A stretch of DNA of 57,799 nt. It comes from Chiloscyllium plagiosum. Its lineage: Eukaryota. The stretch's first letter is position 1; each line of letters opens with the position of its first letter. The position numbers and the translations under genes were made by a program. Location of the stretch: assembly GCF_004010195.1 (NCBI RefSeq), contig NC_057757.1:3750149-3807947 (forward strand), given 5' to 3'. The notes beneath the pieces were generated by a model that worked only from the letters and a program-made list of their open reading frames with translations, was not told where the DNA came from and made no database searches. Of the stretch, positions 24,313 to 36,215 are shown piece by piece.

Positions 24313-24770
24313 TTTTGTGGGATGTGGGCATCGCCGGCTGGGCCCAGCATTTATTGCCCTGTCCCTAGTTGCCCCATTGAGAAAGTGGAGGGTGAGCTGC
24401 CTTCTTGAACCGCTGCAGTCCATCTGCTGTGGGTTGACCCACAATGCCGTTAGGGAGGAATTCCAGGATTCTGACCCTGCCACACTGGAGGAATGGCCGA
24501 TTTATTTCCAAGTCAGGATGGGGAATGGAGGGGAACTCGCAGTGGGGTGGTGTTCCCATGTATCTGCTGCCCCTTGTCCTTCCAGATGGAAATAATCATG
24601 GGTTTGGAAGGTGCTGCCTGAAGATCTTTGGTGAATTGCTTCAGTGCATCTTGTGGATGGTACACACTGCTGCTACTGAGCGTCGGTGGTGGAGGGAGGG
24701 AGGGAGGGGGTGCCAATCAAGCGGGGGCTGCTTTGTCCATGGATGGTGACAAGCTTCTTGAGTGTTGTAT
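24313..24770 (-). mobile_element. 3' end of a second LINE family (CR1/L2-like; GLQRFKKAAH tail)
   Basis: The same sequence recurs at ~35780-36215 (+), ~44995-45550 (-) and ~50390-50842 (-). Confidence 0.75.
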
Positions 24771-25056
24771 TATTTGCATAATGATATGAGCAAACCTTGT
24801 ATGACTTTAATGCGTTAATGTTTTACCTTTACCACAGTGCGAATGATGATTAATTGTTTCAGTCACATCCCAGTCACTGTTCGGCACCTGCCTGAATGGC
24901 ATTTCCCCATCCCCCACCAATAAGTCTTTCGAAGTCCAACAGTTATCTTGTCACTTGCTATCTAGTGCTGATTGTACAATGCGGTGACTGGTCTCCCTTA
25001 TCAGAGAGTAAATAGCTATGACATTACAGAACCAGATTGGACCAGTTCCCAAAGGC

Positions 25057-25069
25057 TGGTCAGAGTCCA
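25057..25069 (+). promoter_or_regulatory. Candidate HNF4-type DR1 site in the TM4SF5 proximal promoter
   Basis: TGGTCA-G-AGTCCA about 70 nt upstream of the ATG. Motif match only. Confidence 0.4.
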
Positions 25070-25137
25070 CCTGTTAAGAGGGAAGGAGAGGTAGTCTCCG
25101 ATCCTGATGAGCAGGAGGGCTCAGTTAGAGCGAGACG

Positions 25138-25308
25138 ATGTGTACTGGCAAGTGCGCCCGCTGCATTGGCCTGGTCCTGCTTCCCCTGTCCATCATTTGC
25201 ATCATAGCCAACGTCCTTCTCATCTTCCCCAGCGCGGAGAAGGAATGGACTGATCACATCACACTGCAGGTCTGGCTGATGGGGGGACTGGTCGGAGGAG
25301 GGCTTATG
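25138..25308 (+). CDS. TM4SF5: TM4SF5 (transmembrane 4 L6 family member 5) first coding exon
   Basis: [31 protein letters not shown]...[18 protein letters not shown] followed by a gtaagt donor. MCTGKCARC and LQVWLMGG are characteristic of TM4SF5 among L6 family members. Downstream exons were not found. Confidence 0.9.
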
Positions 25309-25324
25309 GTAAGTGCATCGATTT

Positions 25325-25720
25325 CTACATCGTGGAATCAGGCCATTCGGCCCATCCACACTGACCCTCCGAAAAGCATCCCACCTAGACCCATCCCATC
25401 CCATCTCTGTAACTCATGTGTTCCCCATGGCCAACCCACCCTAACCTGCATATCCCTGGACATGTCAGGACAATTTAGCACGGCCAGTCCACCCTAACCT
25501 GGACATCCCTGGACACTATGGGTCAATTTCCCATGGCCAATCCGTCCTAACCTGCACATCTTTGGACTGTGGGAGGAAACCAGAGCACCCGGAGGGAACC
25601 CACGCAGACATGGGGAGAATGTACAAACTCCACACAGACAGTCGCCCGAGGCTGGAATCGAACCCGGGTCCCTGGCGCCGTGAGGCAGCAGTGCTAATCA
25701 CTGACCCACCATGCCACCCT
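25325..25720 (-). mobile_element. HE1-type V-SINE at the start of TM4SF5 intron 1
   Basis: Head, V-domain, internal repeats and tail on the minus strand. Confidence 0.9.
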
Positions 25721-25854
25721 AGATGCTTCACCCCCGCTATCCCTCCCCCATACCCTTCCCTGGGGCTTCCCGCACCCACTGGGAATGCTGAGTATAGGAC
25801 TTGCTGATTGGCTGCTGAAGGAGGTGCTGCTGACTCAGACTGTAAAGTAGAGGA

Positions 25855-26455
25855 GCAGAGGTGGCTCAGTGGTTAGCACAGCTGCCTCACAGCTGCCTCA
25901 CAGCGCCAGGGACCCGGGTTCGATTCCACCCTCGGGCGCTTGTGTGGAGCTTGCACATTCTCCCTGTGTGGAGCTTGCACATTCTCCCTGTGTATGTGTG
26001 GGTTTCGTCTCGGTGCTCTGGTTTCCCTTCACAATCCAAAGATGTGCAGGTTAGGGTGGATTGGCCATGCTAAATTGCCCATAGTGTCCAGGGATGTGCA
26101 GGTTAGGGTGGATTGGCCGTGCTAAATTGCCCATAGTGTCCAGGGATGTGCAGGTTAGGGTGGATTGGCCATGCTAAATTGTCCCATAGTGCCCAGGGAT
26201 GTGCAGGTTAGGGTAGATTGGCTATGCTAAGTTGCCCGTAGCACCAAGGAAAGTGTAGATCATGTGCATTCGTCAGGGGTAAATATTGGGTAATAGGGTA
26301 GGGGAAACAGTTCTGGGCGGGTTACTCTTCGGAGGGTCAGTGTGGACTTGTTGGGCTGAAGGGCGGGAAACAGTTCTGGGCGGGTTACTCTTCGGAGGGT
26401 CGGTGTGGACTTGTTGGGCTGAAGGCCTGTTCCCACTCTGTAGGAATTCTATGAT
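25855..26455 (+). mobile_element. HE1-type V-SINE with several internal duplications
   Basis: A/B boxes, V-domain, about 4 internal repeats, and a duplicated 3' segment. Confidence 0.9.
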
Positions 26456-26739
26456 CTACTCCGTTCTAAACATGCTACTTGGCCCATCTGGTCTGCAGCT
26501 GATGTGTTTCTCACCACCCCCATTGTCCCCAGGGACCCCCAACCCCCTTGCTGCCCCTCCCTCACTTTCCAAAGCTAGCCGCCATATTGTAATGGGGAAC
26601 AGTAAATGATGGCAAAAAAACATAACAAGCAGAGTGGGGATCTGAAATAAGAAAGTGCTGGAGAAACTCAGCCAGGGTCTGGCAGCATGTGTAGAGAGAG
26701 AGGGAGATGGAGTTTATGTTTCAGATCAGATAGGACTCT

Positions 26740-28560
26740 TGAGTTGTAGAGTCATCCTGCATGAAAACAGACCCTTTGGCCCAACTAGTTCATAATCCAA
26801 AACTAATCTAGTCCCACCTGCCTGCTCCTGGCCCATATCCCTCTCAACTTTTCTTATTCATGTTCTTGTCCAAATGTCTTTTAAATGTTGTACCTGTATC
26901 TCCCACTTCCTCTGGCAGCTCATTCCTTACACACACCACTCTCTGTGTGAAAAACTTGCTCCTTAGATCCCTTTCATATGTTTCCCTTCTCACCTGAAAC
27001 CTCTAGTTTTGGACACGCCCACCCTGGGGGGTGGGGGTGGTAGGGAAGACCTTGGCTATTCACCCTATCCATCTTCCTCAGGGTTTTATAAACCTCTATA
27101 AAGTCACCCCCTCAGCCTCCGACGGACCAGGGGAAATAGCTCCAGCCTCTCCCGTTTGCTCAAACCCTCCAACCCCTGGCAAATCTTTTCTGAATCATTC
27201 CAGGCACCCACCACCCTCTGTGTAAAAAAAATCTTCCCTCAAACATCTCCTTTAAACATTTCCCCCCTCTCACCCCAAAACCCACGGCCCCTAGTATTTA
27301 ACGTGCCCACCCTAGGGATAGAGACACTGACAATCCACCCTATCCGTGCCCCTCATAATTTTGTTTTCTTTTAGCAGACTGGCCCTCAGCCTCCACTGCT
27401 CCAGCAAAAACATCATCATTAAGGGTGGATACTCTGTCCCCCTGTTTGGCCCATTGGCGAATGGGGGTCCCATAAGGCTGGGCTGTAGACACCTCCCCTT
27501 GCCTCTCTGAGGTGACTCCCGTAAACTATGGGTGGGGCAGGCCATTTTATTTTATTAGGAAGTGTTGGGGTATGCTACTTCACTTACTGCCCCAGTCCTC
27601 TGCCACCAGCCACTTCTTGACGTGATTTATGAATCCGTTAGCGTATTTTCCTCTACAGATATGACCTGCCGAGCTTCTGCAGTAATTTTTGCTTTCATTT
27701 GTCTGTTTAAGATACCTATAGTATTTAACGATTTGTCTTAGTTTTCGTGTTTAGTTCACAGGGTCAGCTGGCCTTGTTTATGTTGATAAAGACGTGGCTC
27801 ATTTCTTGATCATCTGAAACCAAAATTCTGCCTGCAGGTACATGCTTTCCCACTCAGAAATAAACGATTTCACTTGCAGCCTTTGCTCAAGTTTTCAAAC
27901 CGGGATCGTAGGGTCATAGAGGTATACAGCCCTTCAGCCCAACTTGTCAATGCTGACCAGGTTTCCTGAGCTGAACTCGTCCCTTTTGCCAGCACTTGGC
28001 CCATATCCAACTAAACCCTTCCTATTCATATACCTATCCAGATGCCTTTTAAATGCTATAATTGTACCAGCCTCCACCATTTCCTCTGGCAGCTCATTCC
28101 ATACACGCACCGCCCTCTTAGCAAAAATGTTGCCCCTTAGGTCTCTTTTATATCTTTCCCCACTCATCCTAAAGCTATGCACTCTAGTCCTGGACTCCCC
28201 CAGACCCGGGGAAAAGATCTTGGCTACTCACCTTATCAACACCCCTCATGATTTTATAAACCTCTATAAGGTCACCCCTCAGCCTCCGACGCTCCAGGGA
28301 AAAAAGTCCCAGCCTGTCCCTGGAGCTCAAACCCTCCAACTCTGGTAACATTCTTGTCAATCTTTTCTGTAGCCTTTCAAGTTTAAGGATCAACCTGAAA
28401 AACAAGCTTCCTGGTCTTGAAATCCCCCATCCTACGGATAAGACATCAACCATTAACCCTATCCAAGCCTCTCATGATTTTCTCAACCTCTATATAAGGT
28501 CATCTCTCAATCCTCTATACTCCAGGTGAAAAAAATCCCAGCCTATCCAGCATCCCCTTA
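26740..28560 (-). mobile_element. Cluster of CR1 LINE 3' fragments (minus strand) with short spacers
   Basis: LGLFSLERRRLRGDLIEVYKIMRG and RVWNELPEEMVEAG peptides. Confidence 0.8.
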
Positions 28561-28564
28561 TAAT

Positions 28565-30123
28565 TTTGGTATGCTTTCCTTTATTGGTCAGAGCATTGAG
28601 TATTGGAGTTGGGAGGTCATATTGCGGCTCTACAAGACATTAGTTGGGCCACTTTTGGAATATTACGTGTAATTCTGATCTTTTTCCTATCAGAAAGATG
28701 TTGTGAAATTTGAAAGGGTTCAGAAAAGATTTACAAGGATGTTGCCAGGATTGGAGGGTTTTTTGCCTAGGGTGGGGAGTCCAGAACTAGAGAGCATAGG
28801 TTTAGGGTGAGAGGGCTAATGATAAGATTCTTGATTGTGAAGATCAGCAGAGAGATCTCGGTGTCCAGGAACCAGCCAAGGCTGATGAGGTTGTGAAGAA
28901 GGCATACTGTGTGCTAGCTTTTACTGGTAAAGGGATTGAGTTTCGGAACCATGCGATCGTGCTGCAGCTGTACAAATCTCTGGTGCAGCCACATTTGGAG
29001 TATTGCATGCACTTCTGGTCACCGCATTATAAGAAGGACGTGGAACCTTTGGAAAGGGTTCAGAGGAGATTTACTAGGATGTTGCCTGATATGGAGGGAA
29101 GGTCTTTCAAGGAAAGGCTGAGGGACCTGAGGCTGTTTTTGTTAGAGAGAAAAAGGTTGAGAGGCGACTTAATTGAAACATATAAGATAGAGGGTTAGAT
29201 AGGTTGGGACAGAGAGAGCTTTTTTCCTTGGATGGTGATAGCTAGTACAGAGGGACAAAGCTTTAAATTGAGGGGTGATAGATATAGGACAGATGTCAGA
29301 GGTAGTTTCTTTATTCAGAAAGTAGTAAGGGTGTGGAACGCACTGCCTACAACAGTAGTAGACTCGCCAGTTTTAAGGGCATTTAAATGGTCATTGGATG
29401 GCATATGGACGAGAATGGAAAAGTGTAGGTTAGATGAGCTTCAGACTGGTTCCACAGGTCAGCACAACATTGAGGGCCAAAGGGCCTGTTTGCACTGTAA
29501 TGTTCTATGTTCCAGGGGAAAGATATAAAAGTGACCCGTGGGGGTCAGGTAGGCCTAACAGTGGGCCACTGGGATAATAGTGGGTTATTGGGAACAATAG
29601 TGGGTCATTGGGGACAATAGTGGGTCATTGGGATAATAGTAGGCTATTGGTACAATATTAGATCATTGATGTAATAGTAAGCCATTGGTAAAATAGTGGG
29701 TCATGGGTATAATAAAGGGTCATTGGGGTAACAATAGGCCATTGGTATGATAGTAGGCCATTGTGATAACAGTGGTTCATTGGGATAATTGTGGACCATT
29801 GGAATGATAGTGGTTCATTGGTATAACAATGGGCCATTGGTATAAGGGGGATTTTTCACACAGAGGGTGGTGCATGTATGGCATGAGCTGTCAGACGAAG
29901 TGGTGGAGGCTGGTATAATTACAGCATTTAAAAGGCATCTGGATGGATATATGAATAGGACGGGTTTAGAGGGATATGGGCCAAGTGCTGGCAAATGAGT
30001 CTAGATTGGATTGGGATACCTGGTCGGCATGGACGAGTTGGACCAAAGGGTCTGTTTCCGTGCTGTACATCTCTATCACTCTATGAACTCAAACCCTCCT
30101 GTCTTGGGAGCATCCTTGTCAAG
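28565..30123 (+). mobile_element. Composite or nested CR1 LINE 3' fragments
   Basis: LYKSLVQPHLEYCMHFWSP...LRGDLIETYK and VRVWNALP peptides. Confidence 0.85.
29560..29845. repeat. Degenerate ~20-21-bp tandem repeat (gggacaatagtgggtcattg-like) inside a CR1 3' fragment
   Basis: Repeated aatagtgggtcattgg variants, with CR1 sequence resuming on both sides. Confidence 0.8.
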
Positions 30124-30623
30124 NNNNNNNNNNNNNNNNNNNNNNNNNNNNNNNNNNNNNNNNNNNNNNNNNNNNNNNNNNNNNNNNNNNNNNNNNNNNN
30201 NNNNNNNNNNNNNNNNNNNNNNNNNNNNNNNNNNNNNNNNNNNNNNNNNNNNNNNNNNNNNNNNNNNNNNNNNNNNNNNNNNNNNNNNNNNNNNNNNNNN
30301 NNNNNNNNNNNNNNNNNNNNNNNNNNNNNNNNNNNNNNNNNNNNNNNNNNNNNNNNNNNNNNNNNNNNNNNNNNNNNNNNNNNNNNNNNNNNNNNNNNNN
30401 NNNNNNNNNNNNNNNNNNNNNNNNNNNNNNNNNNNNNNNNNNNNNNNNNNNNNNNNNNNNNNNNNNNNNNNNNNNNNNNNNNNNNNNNNNNNNNNNNNNN
30501 NNNNNNNNNNNNNNNNNNNNNNNNNNNNNNNNNNNNNNNNNNNNNNNNNNNNNNNNNNNNNNNNNNNNNNNNNNNNNNNNNNNNNNNNNNNNNNNNNNNN
30601 NNNNNNNNNNNNNNNNNNNNNNN
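30124..30623. other. Assembly gap, exactly 500 N (probable scaffold join of unknown true size)
   Basis: N run. Another exact 500-N gap lies at 55470-55969, and unevenly sized gaps lie at 37720-38046, 41304-42069 and 44045-44473. Confidence 0.97.
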
Positions 30624-31285
30624 ATGACTAGAGTTTGGTGGTGTAGGAGGCCCAGGACTTTCATGTCCTTGGTGGAGTGGGAGGGGGAGTTGAAATGGTC
30701 GGCCACAGGATGAGGTGTTTATTTGGTGCATGTGTCCCAGAGATGTTCTCTGAAATGTAGTGCGAGTTGGCACCCTATTTCCTTGATGTAGAGGAGACCA
30801 CATCAGGAGCAACAGGGACATTAGATGAGGTGTTTGGATGTCCAGGAAAATCTCTGCTGGATGTGGAAGGATCCTTTGGGGCCTTGGATGGGGATGAGCA
30901 GGGAGGTGTGGATGCAGGTTTTACACCTCTTGCGGTGGCAAGGAAAGGTGCCGGGTGTGGAGGGTGGGTTGGTGGAGGATGAGGACCTAACGAAGGAGTT
31001 GCAGAGGGAAAGGTCGTTGCGGAACACTGATAGAGGTGGGGAGGGAAATATATCCCTGGTGGTGGAGTCCGGTTGCAGGTGGGGGAAATGGCGGAGGATA
31101 ATGCCATGTATCCGAAGGTTGGTGGGGTGAAAGGTGAGGACCAGGGGTGTTCTGTCCTTGTGGCGGTTGCAGGGGTGGGGTTCAAGTGCAGAGGTGCGGT
31201 AAGTGGAGGAGATGCATTGGAGGGCATTATTGATCATGTGGGCGGGGAAATTGTGGTCCTGGAAATAGGAGGCCATCTGAGATGT
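30624..31285 (-). mobile_element. Penelope-like retroelement fragment (RT thumb, Zn-binding linker, GIY-YIG endonuclease region)
   Basis: PLVLTFHPTNL...PGTFPCHRKRCKTC...IQGPKGSFHIQQRF and ADHFNSPSHS peptides, typical of vertebrate Penelope-like ORFs. Confidence 0.88.
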
Positions 31286-31663
31286 TGCCAGTGTGGAATT
31301 TTAAGGTAACAAGGGTAAAAGGCCAAGAGGGGCAATTTGTTTACATAGAGAGTTGTTCGTGAGTGGAATGAACTTCCAGAAGAAGTGGTGAATGCCAATG
31401 CAATTGTTACATTTGAAAGGTACTTGCATAGGTACATGAATAAGAAATGTTTGGAGAGATATGGGCCAAGCGCAGGATTAGTTTAATTTGGGAGTATGAT
31501 TGGCATGGTCTGTTTTGTACCTTGTGAATCCATGACTATGACTTTATGCTTGAAGTGTTGCAGGAATGGGACCATTTTGAACACAAGATATTGTTTCTAG
31601 GGATTGAAGGGTCTAAAGTGATGGGAGATGGATTAACTGTAAGGTGACAAAGGGGAGCCAGTA

Positions 31664-32012
31664 TTGGACTGGGGTGGGCAAAGTTAAAAATCACACAACA
31701 CCAGGTTATAGTCCAACAGGTTCATTTGGAAGCACTAGCCTTTGGAGCGCTGATCATTCTGAGCTGTCTGAGTTGAGATGTCACCTTTTTTGTAAAACCT
31801 TAAGTTATCTTTGGAACGTGACTTGGAAGAAGTTCTGGGATTTAAATATTAATGAATCAAAGCTTGCAACCCATTCTAAAAGATGAAAGACTTAACAGCA
31901 ATCTAGATTTGTTCAATATACCGTATCAGTTGCATGACACTGTTATCTTGTGCTAAAAATTCATGTCTAATAAACCTGTTGGACTATAACCTGGTGTTTG
32001 TGATTTTTAACT
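31664..32012. mobile_element. Short non-autonomous element with inverted termini (Penelope-terminus-derived)
   Basis: gttaaaaatcacacaacaccaggttatagtccaacagg at the left end and its reverse complement cctgttggactataacctggtgtttgtgatttttaac at the right end. Other copies at ~40118-40315, ~45632-45732 and ~9084-9163. Confidence 0.7.
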
Positions 32013-32174
32013 GTAAGTTGTTAAAGTTAGATGGCGGTGTTTGCATCAGGAAGTGGGAGAACTTGACGCAAACCAAAGCTACTGAAGAGTATTTGGAGAT
32101 GAGGTGTTGAGAATGAAATAGTCCCCTGGGTACTCCAAAGGCTGAAATCCGAGATCTTCAAAAGTTTCTGCATG

Positions 32175-32870
32175 ACACACATTTAAAAGACATTTCGATA
32201 AGTTCATGAACAGGAAAGGTTTGGAGGGATATGAGCCAAGAGCAGGCAGGTGGGACGAGTTTAGTTGGGATTGTAGTCCCACGGATTGGTCGGAACGAAG
32301 GGTCTATTTCTGTGCTGTATGACTCTATGAGGACATTGGTCAGGCCATTTCTGGAATATTGCATGCAATGCTGGTCTCCTTCCTATCAGAAGGATGTTGT
32401 GAAACTTGAAATGTTTCAGAAAACATTTACAAGGATGTTGCCAGGGTTGGAAGATTTGAGCTATAGGGGGAGGCTGAATAGTCTGGGGTTGTTTTCCTGG
32501 ACCGTCGGAGGCTGAGGGGTGAACTCATAGTGGTTTATAAGATCATGAGGAGCATGAATAGGATAAACAGACAAGGTCTTTTCTCTGGGGTGGGGGAGTC
32601 CAGAACTAGGGTGAAAGGGACAAAATTTAAAAGGGACCTAAGGGGCAACTTTTTCACGCAGTGGGTAGAGCGTGTATGGAATGAACTATCAGAGTAAGTG
32701 GTGGAGGCTGATACAATTACAGCATTTAAAAGGCATCTGGATGGGTATGTGAATAGGAAGGGTTTGGAGGGATATGGGCCCAATGCTGGCAAATAGGACG
32801 AGATTAGGTTGGGATGTCTGGTTGGCATGGATGAGTTGGACCGAAGGATCTATTTCTGTTATTCTATAGC
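32175..32870 (+). mobile_element. CR1 LINE 3' fragments
   Basis: RTLVRPFLEYCMQCWSPSYQKDVVKLE plus a 3' tail. Confidence 0.88.
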
Positions 32871-33587
32871 TTGATGACACCAAGAAAGAAGACATTTGTG
32901 AGCAGACCAAGTTGATGGAAATTAATGACCAAAGCCCTGGTAATGTTTGTCGCTTCTCTCTGAGGTTTAATCCCATAGAATGGACCTATTGAACTGGTGA
33001 GAGAACTTATCCTTCATTGCCATTGTTCAAACTCTTGCAGAGTTTTCATTATTTTTATATTTTACTCAGTCTTGCACTGTGAGCTGTAAATGTCTGACAG
33101 AAATGGCTTGGAAATGAAAAGACCACACTATTGTTCACCTGTGAGGCTAAATCCTATGGCTAATTCCTGATTAAAGTGGTTCTGACAGTCACAGTGACCC
33201 CAGGGGCGTGCATTGTGTTCAAACAGATAGCAGAGGTTGGCCATGAATGAGCTCAGTACCCGAGAATTGGTTCCGGCAAGTATGGAAGATACCGTACATC
33301 CAGTTGCTGAATGATAATTAAGGTTTCGGGATGATTTGATCAGTCTGTGAGGCAGAACCAGAATTAAAGGTTTTTTTATTAAGTTTTGTGGGAGATGGTT
33401 TTTGGTTGCTGTGAACTCAACATGGAGATTTGAAAGCTCAGTGTCTCATCTGTTGGTGAAATAATACATCCTGAAAACTATTTAAGTAAGTTGGCAATTC
33501 TTTTTAAGTAAATGTGTTCCTTAACTGTGTTTCTTTGTCTGTCTTTCACATGAATGGGGTGTGCAAATAGATTTAAACCATAGATAT

Positions 33588-33910
33588 TAGATTAGATTAG
33601 ATTACTTACAGTGTGGAAACAGGCCCTTCGGCCCAATAAGTCCACACTGATCCTCTGAAGAGCAACCCATCCAGACCCATTCCCCTACATTTATCCCTTC
33701 AGCTAACACTACAGGCAATTTAGCGTGGCCAATTCACCTAACCTGCACATTTTTGTTCTGTGAGAGGAAACCAGACCACCCGGAGGAAACCCACGCAAAC
33801 ACGGGAAGAACGTGCAAACTCTACACAGACAGTTGCCTGAGGTGGGAATTGAACCCGGATCACTAGCACTGTGAGGCAGCAGTGCTAACCATTGTGCCAC
33901 CGTGCTGCCC
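33588..33910 (-). mobile_element. Full-length HE1-type V-SINE
   Basis: Reverse complement of the element above, with an (attag)n tail. Confidence 0.92.
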
Positions 33911-34465
33911 TCTATTAGCCAGCTTACCCTTGTGGTTTCATTTCTCCTCTGCTACAGCTTTTAATAAATTCTTCAGTCTTTTGTTTGGGATATAAAACTG
34001 CTGTGAGGAATTAGAAAGTCTGGACTGGTCATTCAGAAATCAGGTAAGGAATCATTGGAGTAATTACTAGGGAGGGTCTTCAAGTGTTTAATTGTTGAAG
34101 AAAGGGTGTCTGTCTCTGTGTCCCTTGGAGATGAATGAGGAGCACCCTCAGAACATTGGGATTGGATGATGAAGCCAATCTGGACTGAGTTGTGCATTTT
34201 TGGAAGTCCGGGACAGAGTGCGCCGGTAGGATGCTGCAGCCCTTCAGTAACTACGGCTTTTCACTCTCCATCACTGGGACAATGTCACAACATAATGCAG
34301 CACTGCACTCCTATGGAATACTGACCGCTCCATATCGATGTCCCTGTTCTCGGCCCAAATTCTTTGCTCCCTCAACTAATAAAAATATCACCCTTTGTCA
34401 GCTTTGAGAAATCTTAATCTGTTGTCTTACAGAAGACTATTTGCAGGGATTTCTGATGGGGTTTC

Positions 34466-34677
34466 TGTGAACGAGGTCAGTCAGCTAGACCTCAGAGAAT
34501 GTGAGCTCCCTGATTGGGGCTGTTAATTTGGTCCAATCAAGGAGCCCCGGCTGACAGCTGTAAACAGAGGGGCTCCTCACTCGAGGGACTGGTTCTGAGC
34601 TGGCTGGTCAGAGTCCATGCACTGTGCATGAGTAAATAAAGGGTGACTTGGTGACCAGCCTCTGTGATATTATTTTA
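34466..34677 (+). mobile_element. Solo LTR-like element, same family as 23291-23503
   Basis: TG start, internal homology to the other copy, and an AATAAA signal. Confidence 0.65.
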
Positions 34678-35134
34678 GCCTCGGTTTAAGGTTAATATCC
34701 CATGAGAAATAAAAAAATAGACTCGTGCATGGAGTCACAGGATACAAGTGAGATCCAAGGTCAATGCAAAACATTGAAAAGGGGCCAGGGTAAAATATTT
34801 GAAAGGGGAATAGTGTTGAATCTGTAAAGATGGTGCCAGGCACAAAGGTGCCAGCAACTACCCTCTTCCCAGCAAGAGTAAACTCAACCTAGGCCCTATG
34901 ACACTCAATAGTATAACCATCCCGGATTCAACTGCCATTATCAACACCCTGGGTACTACCATTGGCCAGAAACACCACAGTGGCTACAAGAGATCTGGGA
35001 ATCTCACTCACCTCCTGACCCCCCCCCCCCACCGAAGCCTGTCTGACCATCAACAAGGCACAGGCCAGGAGTGTGAGGGAATACTCCCCACTTGTCTTGG
35101 ATGGGGCAGCTCCAATAACACTCAAGAAACTCAA

Positions 35135-35780
35135 ACACCAGGTGGACAGGATCGTGAAGATGGCGTTTGGTACGCTGGCTTTCATTGTCAGTGCATTGAT
35201 TTGGGAGGTCACATTGTGGCTGTACAGGACATTGGTTAGGCTACTTTTGGAAAACTGCATTCAATTCTGGTCTTCCCTGCTGTCGGAAAGATGTTGTGAA
35301 ACTTGAAAGAGTTCAGAAAAGATTTGCACAGATGTTGCTGGGGTGGGAGGGTTTGAGCTAGATGGATGAGGCTAAATAGGCTGGAGCTGTTTTCCCTGGA
35401 GCATCAGAGACTGAGGGATGACCTTATTGAGGTTTATTAAATCATGAGGGGCATGGACAGGATAAATAGCCAAGGTCTTTCCCCAGGGTAGGGGAGTCCA
35501 AAACAGGAGGGCATAGGTTTAAAGTGAGAGGGAAAGATTTAAAAAGGACCGAAGGGGCAAAGTTTTCACACAGAGGGTATTGTGTATATGGAATGAGCTG
35601 CCAGAGGAAATGGTGGAGGTGGGTACAATGATGACATTTAAAAGGCATCAGGATGGGTCTATGGATAGGAAGGGTGTAGAGGGATATGGGCCAAGTGCTG
35701 GCAAATGGGAGTAGGTAAATTTTGGATATCTGGTTGGCATGGAAAGGTGGACCGAAGGCTCTGTTGTACATCTCCATGAC
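35135..35780 (+). mobile_element. CR1 LINE 3' fragment inserted within a second LINE family
   Basis: QVDRIVKMAFGTLAFI...LYRTLVRLLLENCIQFWS. The flanking LINE reads ...LKKL|...TIQDK across the insertion. Confidence 0.85.
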
Positions 35781-36215
35781 CATCCAGGACAAAGTAGTCC
35801 CCTATATTGGCACCACATCCACTCCCCCCCCACCACCAACCCCCCCTCCCCCCAACAAAGCTCAGTCACAGCAGTGTGTACCATTGACAAGATGCACTGC
35901 AGCAACTCACCAAGCCTCCTCCAGCAGCTCCTTCCAAACCCACGACCTCTACCATCTAGGAGGACAAGGGCAGCAGATACATGGGAACACCACCCCCTGC
36001 AGGTTCCCCTCTGAGCCCCTCACCATCCCAACTTGGACATATATCGGCCGTTCCTTCAGTGTCGCTGGGTCTGAATCCCGGAACCCCCTCCGTAATGGTG
36101 CTGTATGGGTGTCCCTTCACTACACGGGACTGCAGCAGCTCAAGAAGGCAGCCCACCCCCACCTTCTCAAGGGGGCAACTAGGGAGAGGCCCAGCCAATG
36201 CCACCCACATCCCAG
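35780..36215 (+). mobile_element. 3' end of the second LINE family
   Basis: GLQQLKKAAHPHLLKG, homologous to 24313-24770. Confidence 0.75.

Noticed and set aside
34192..34407. Possible TM4SF5 exon, or a continuation of the orphan exon
   Set aside because: The plus frames I read do not resemble TM4SF5. The minus frames after the candidate acceptor hit stops within about 20 codons.
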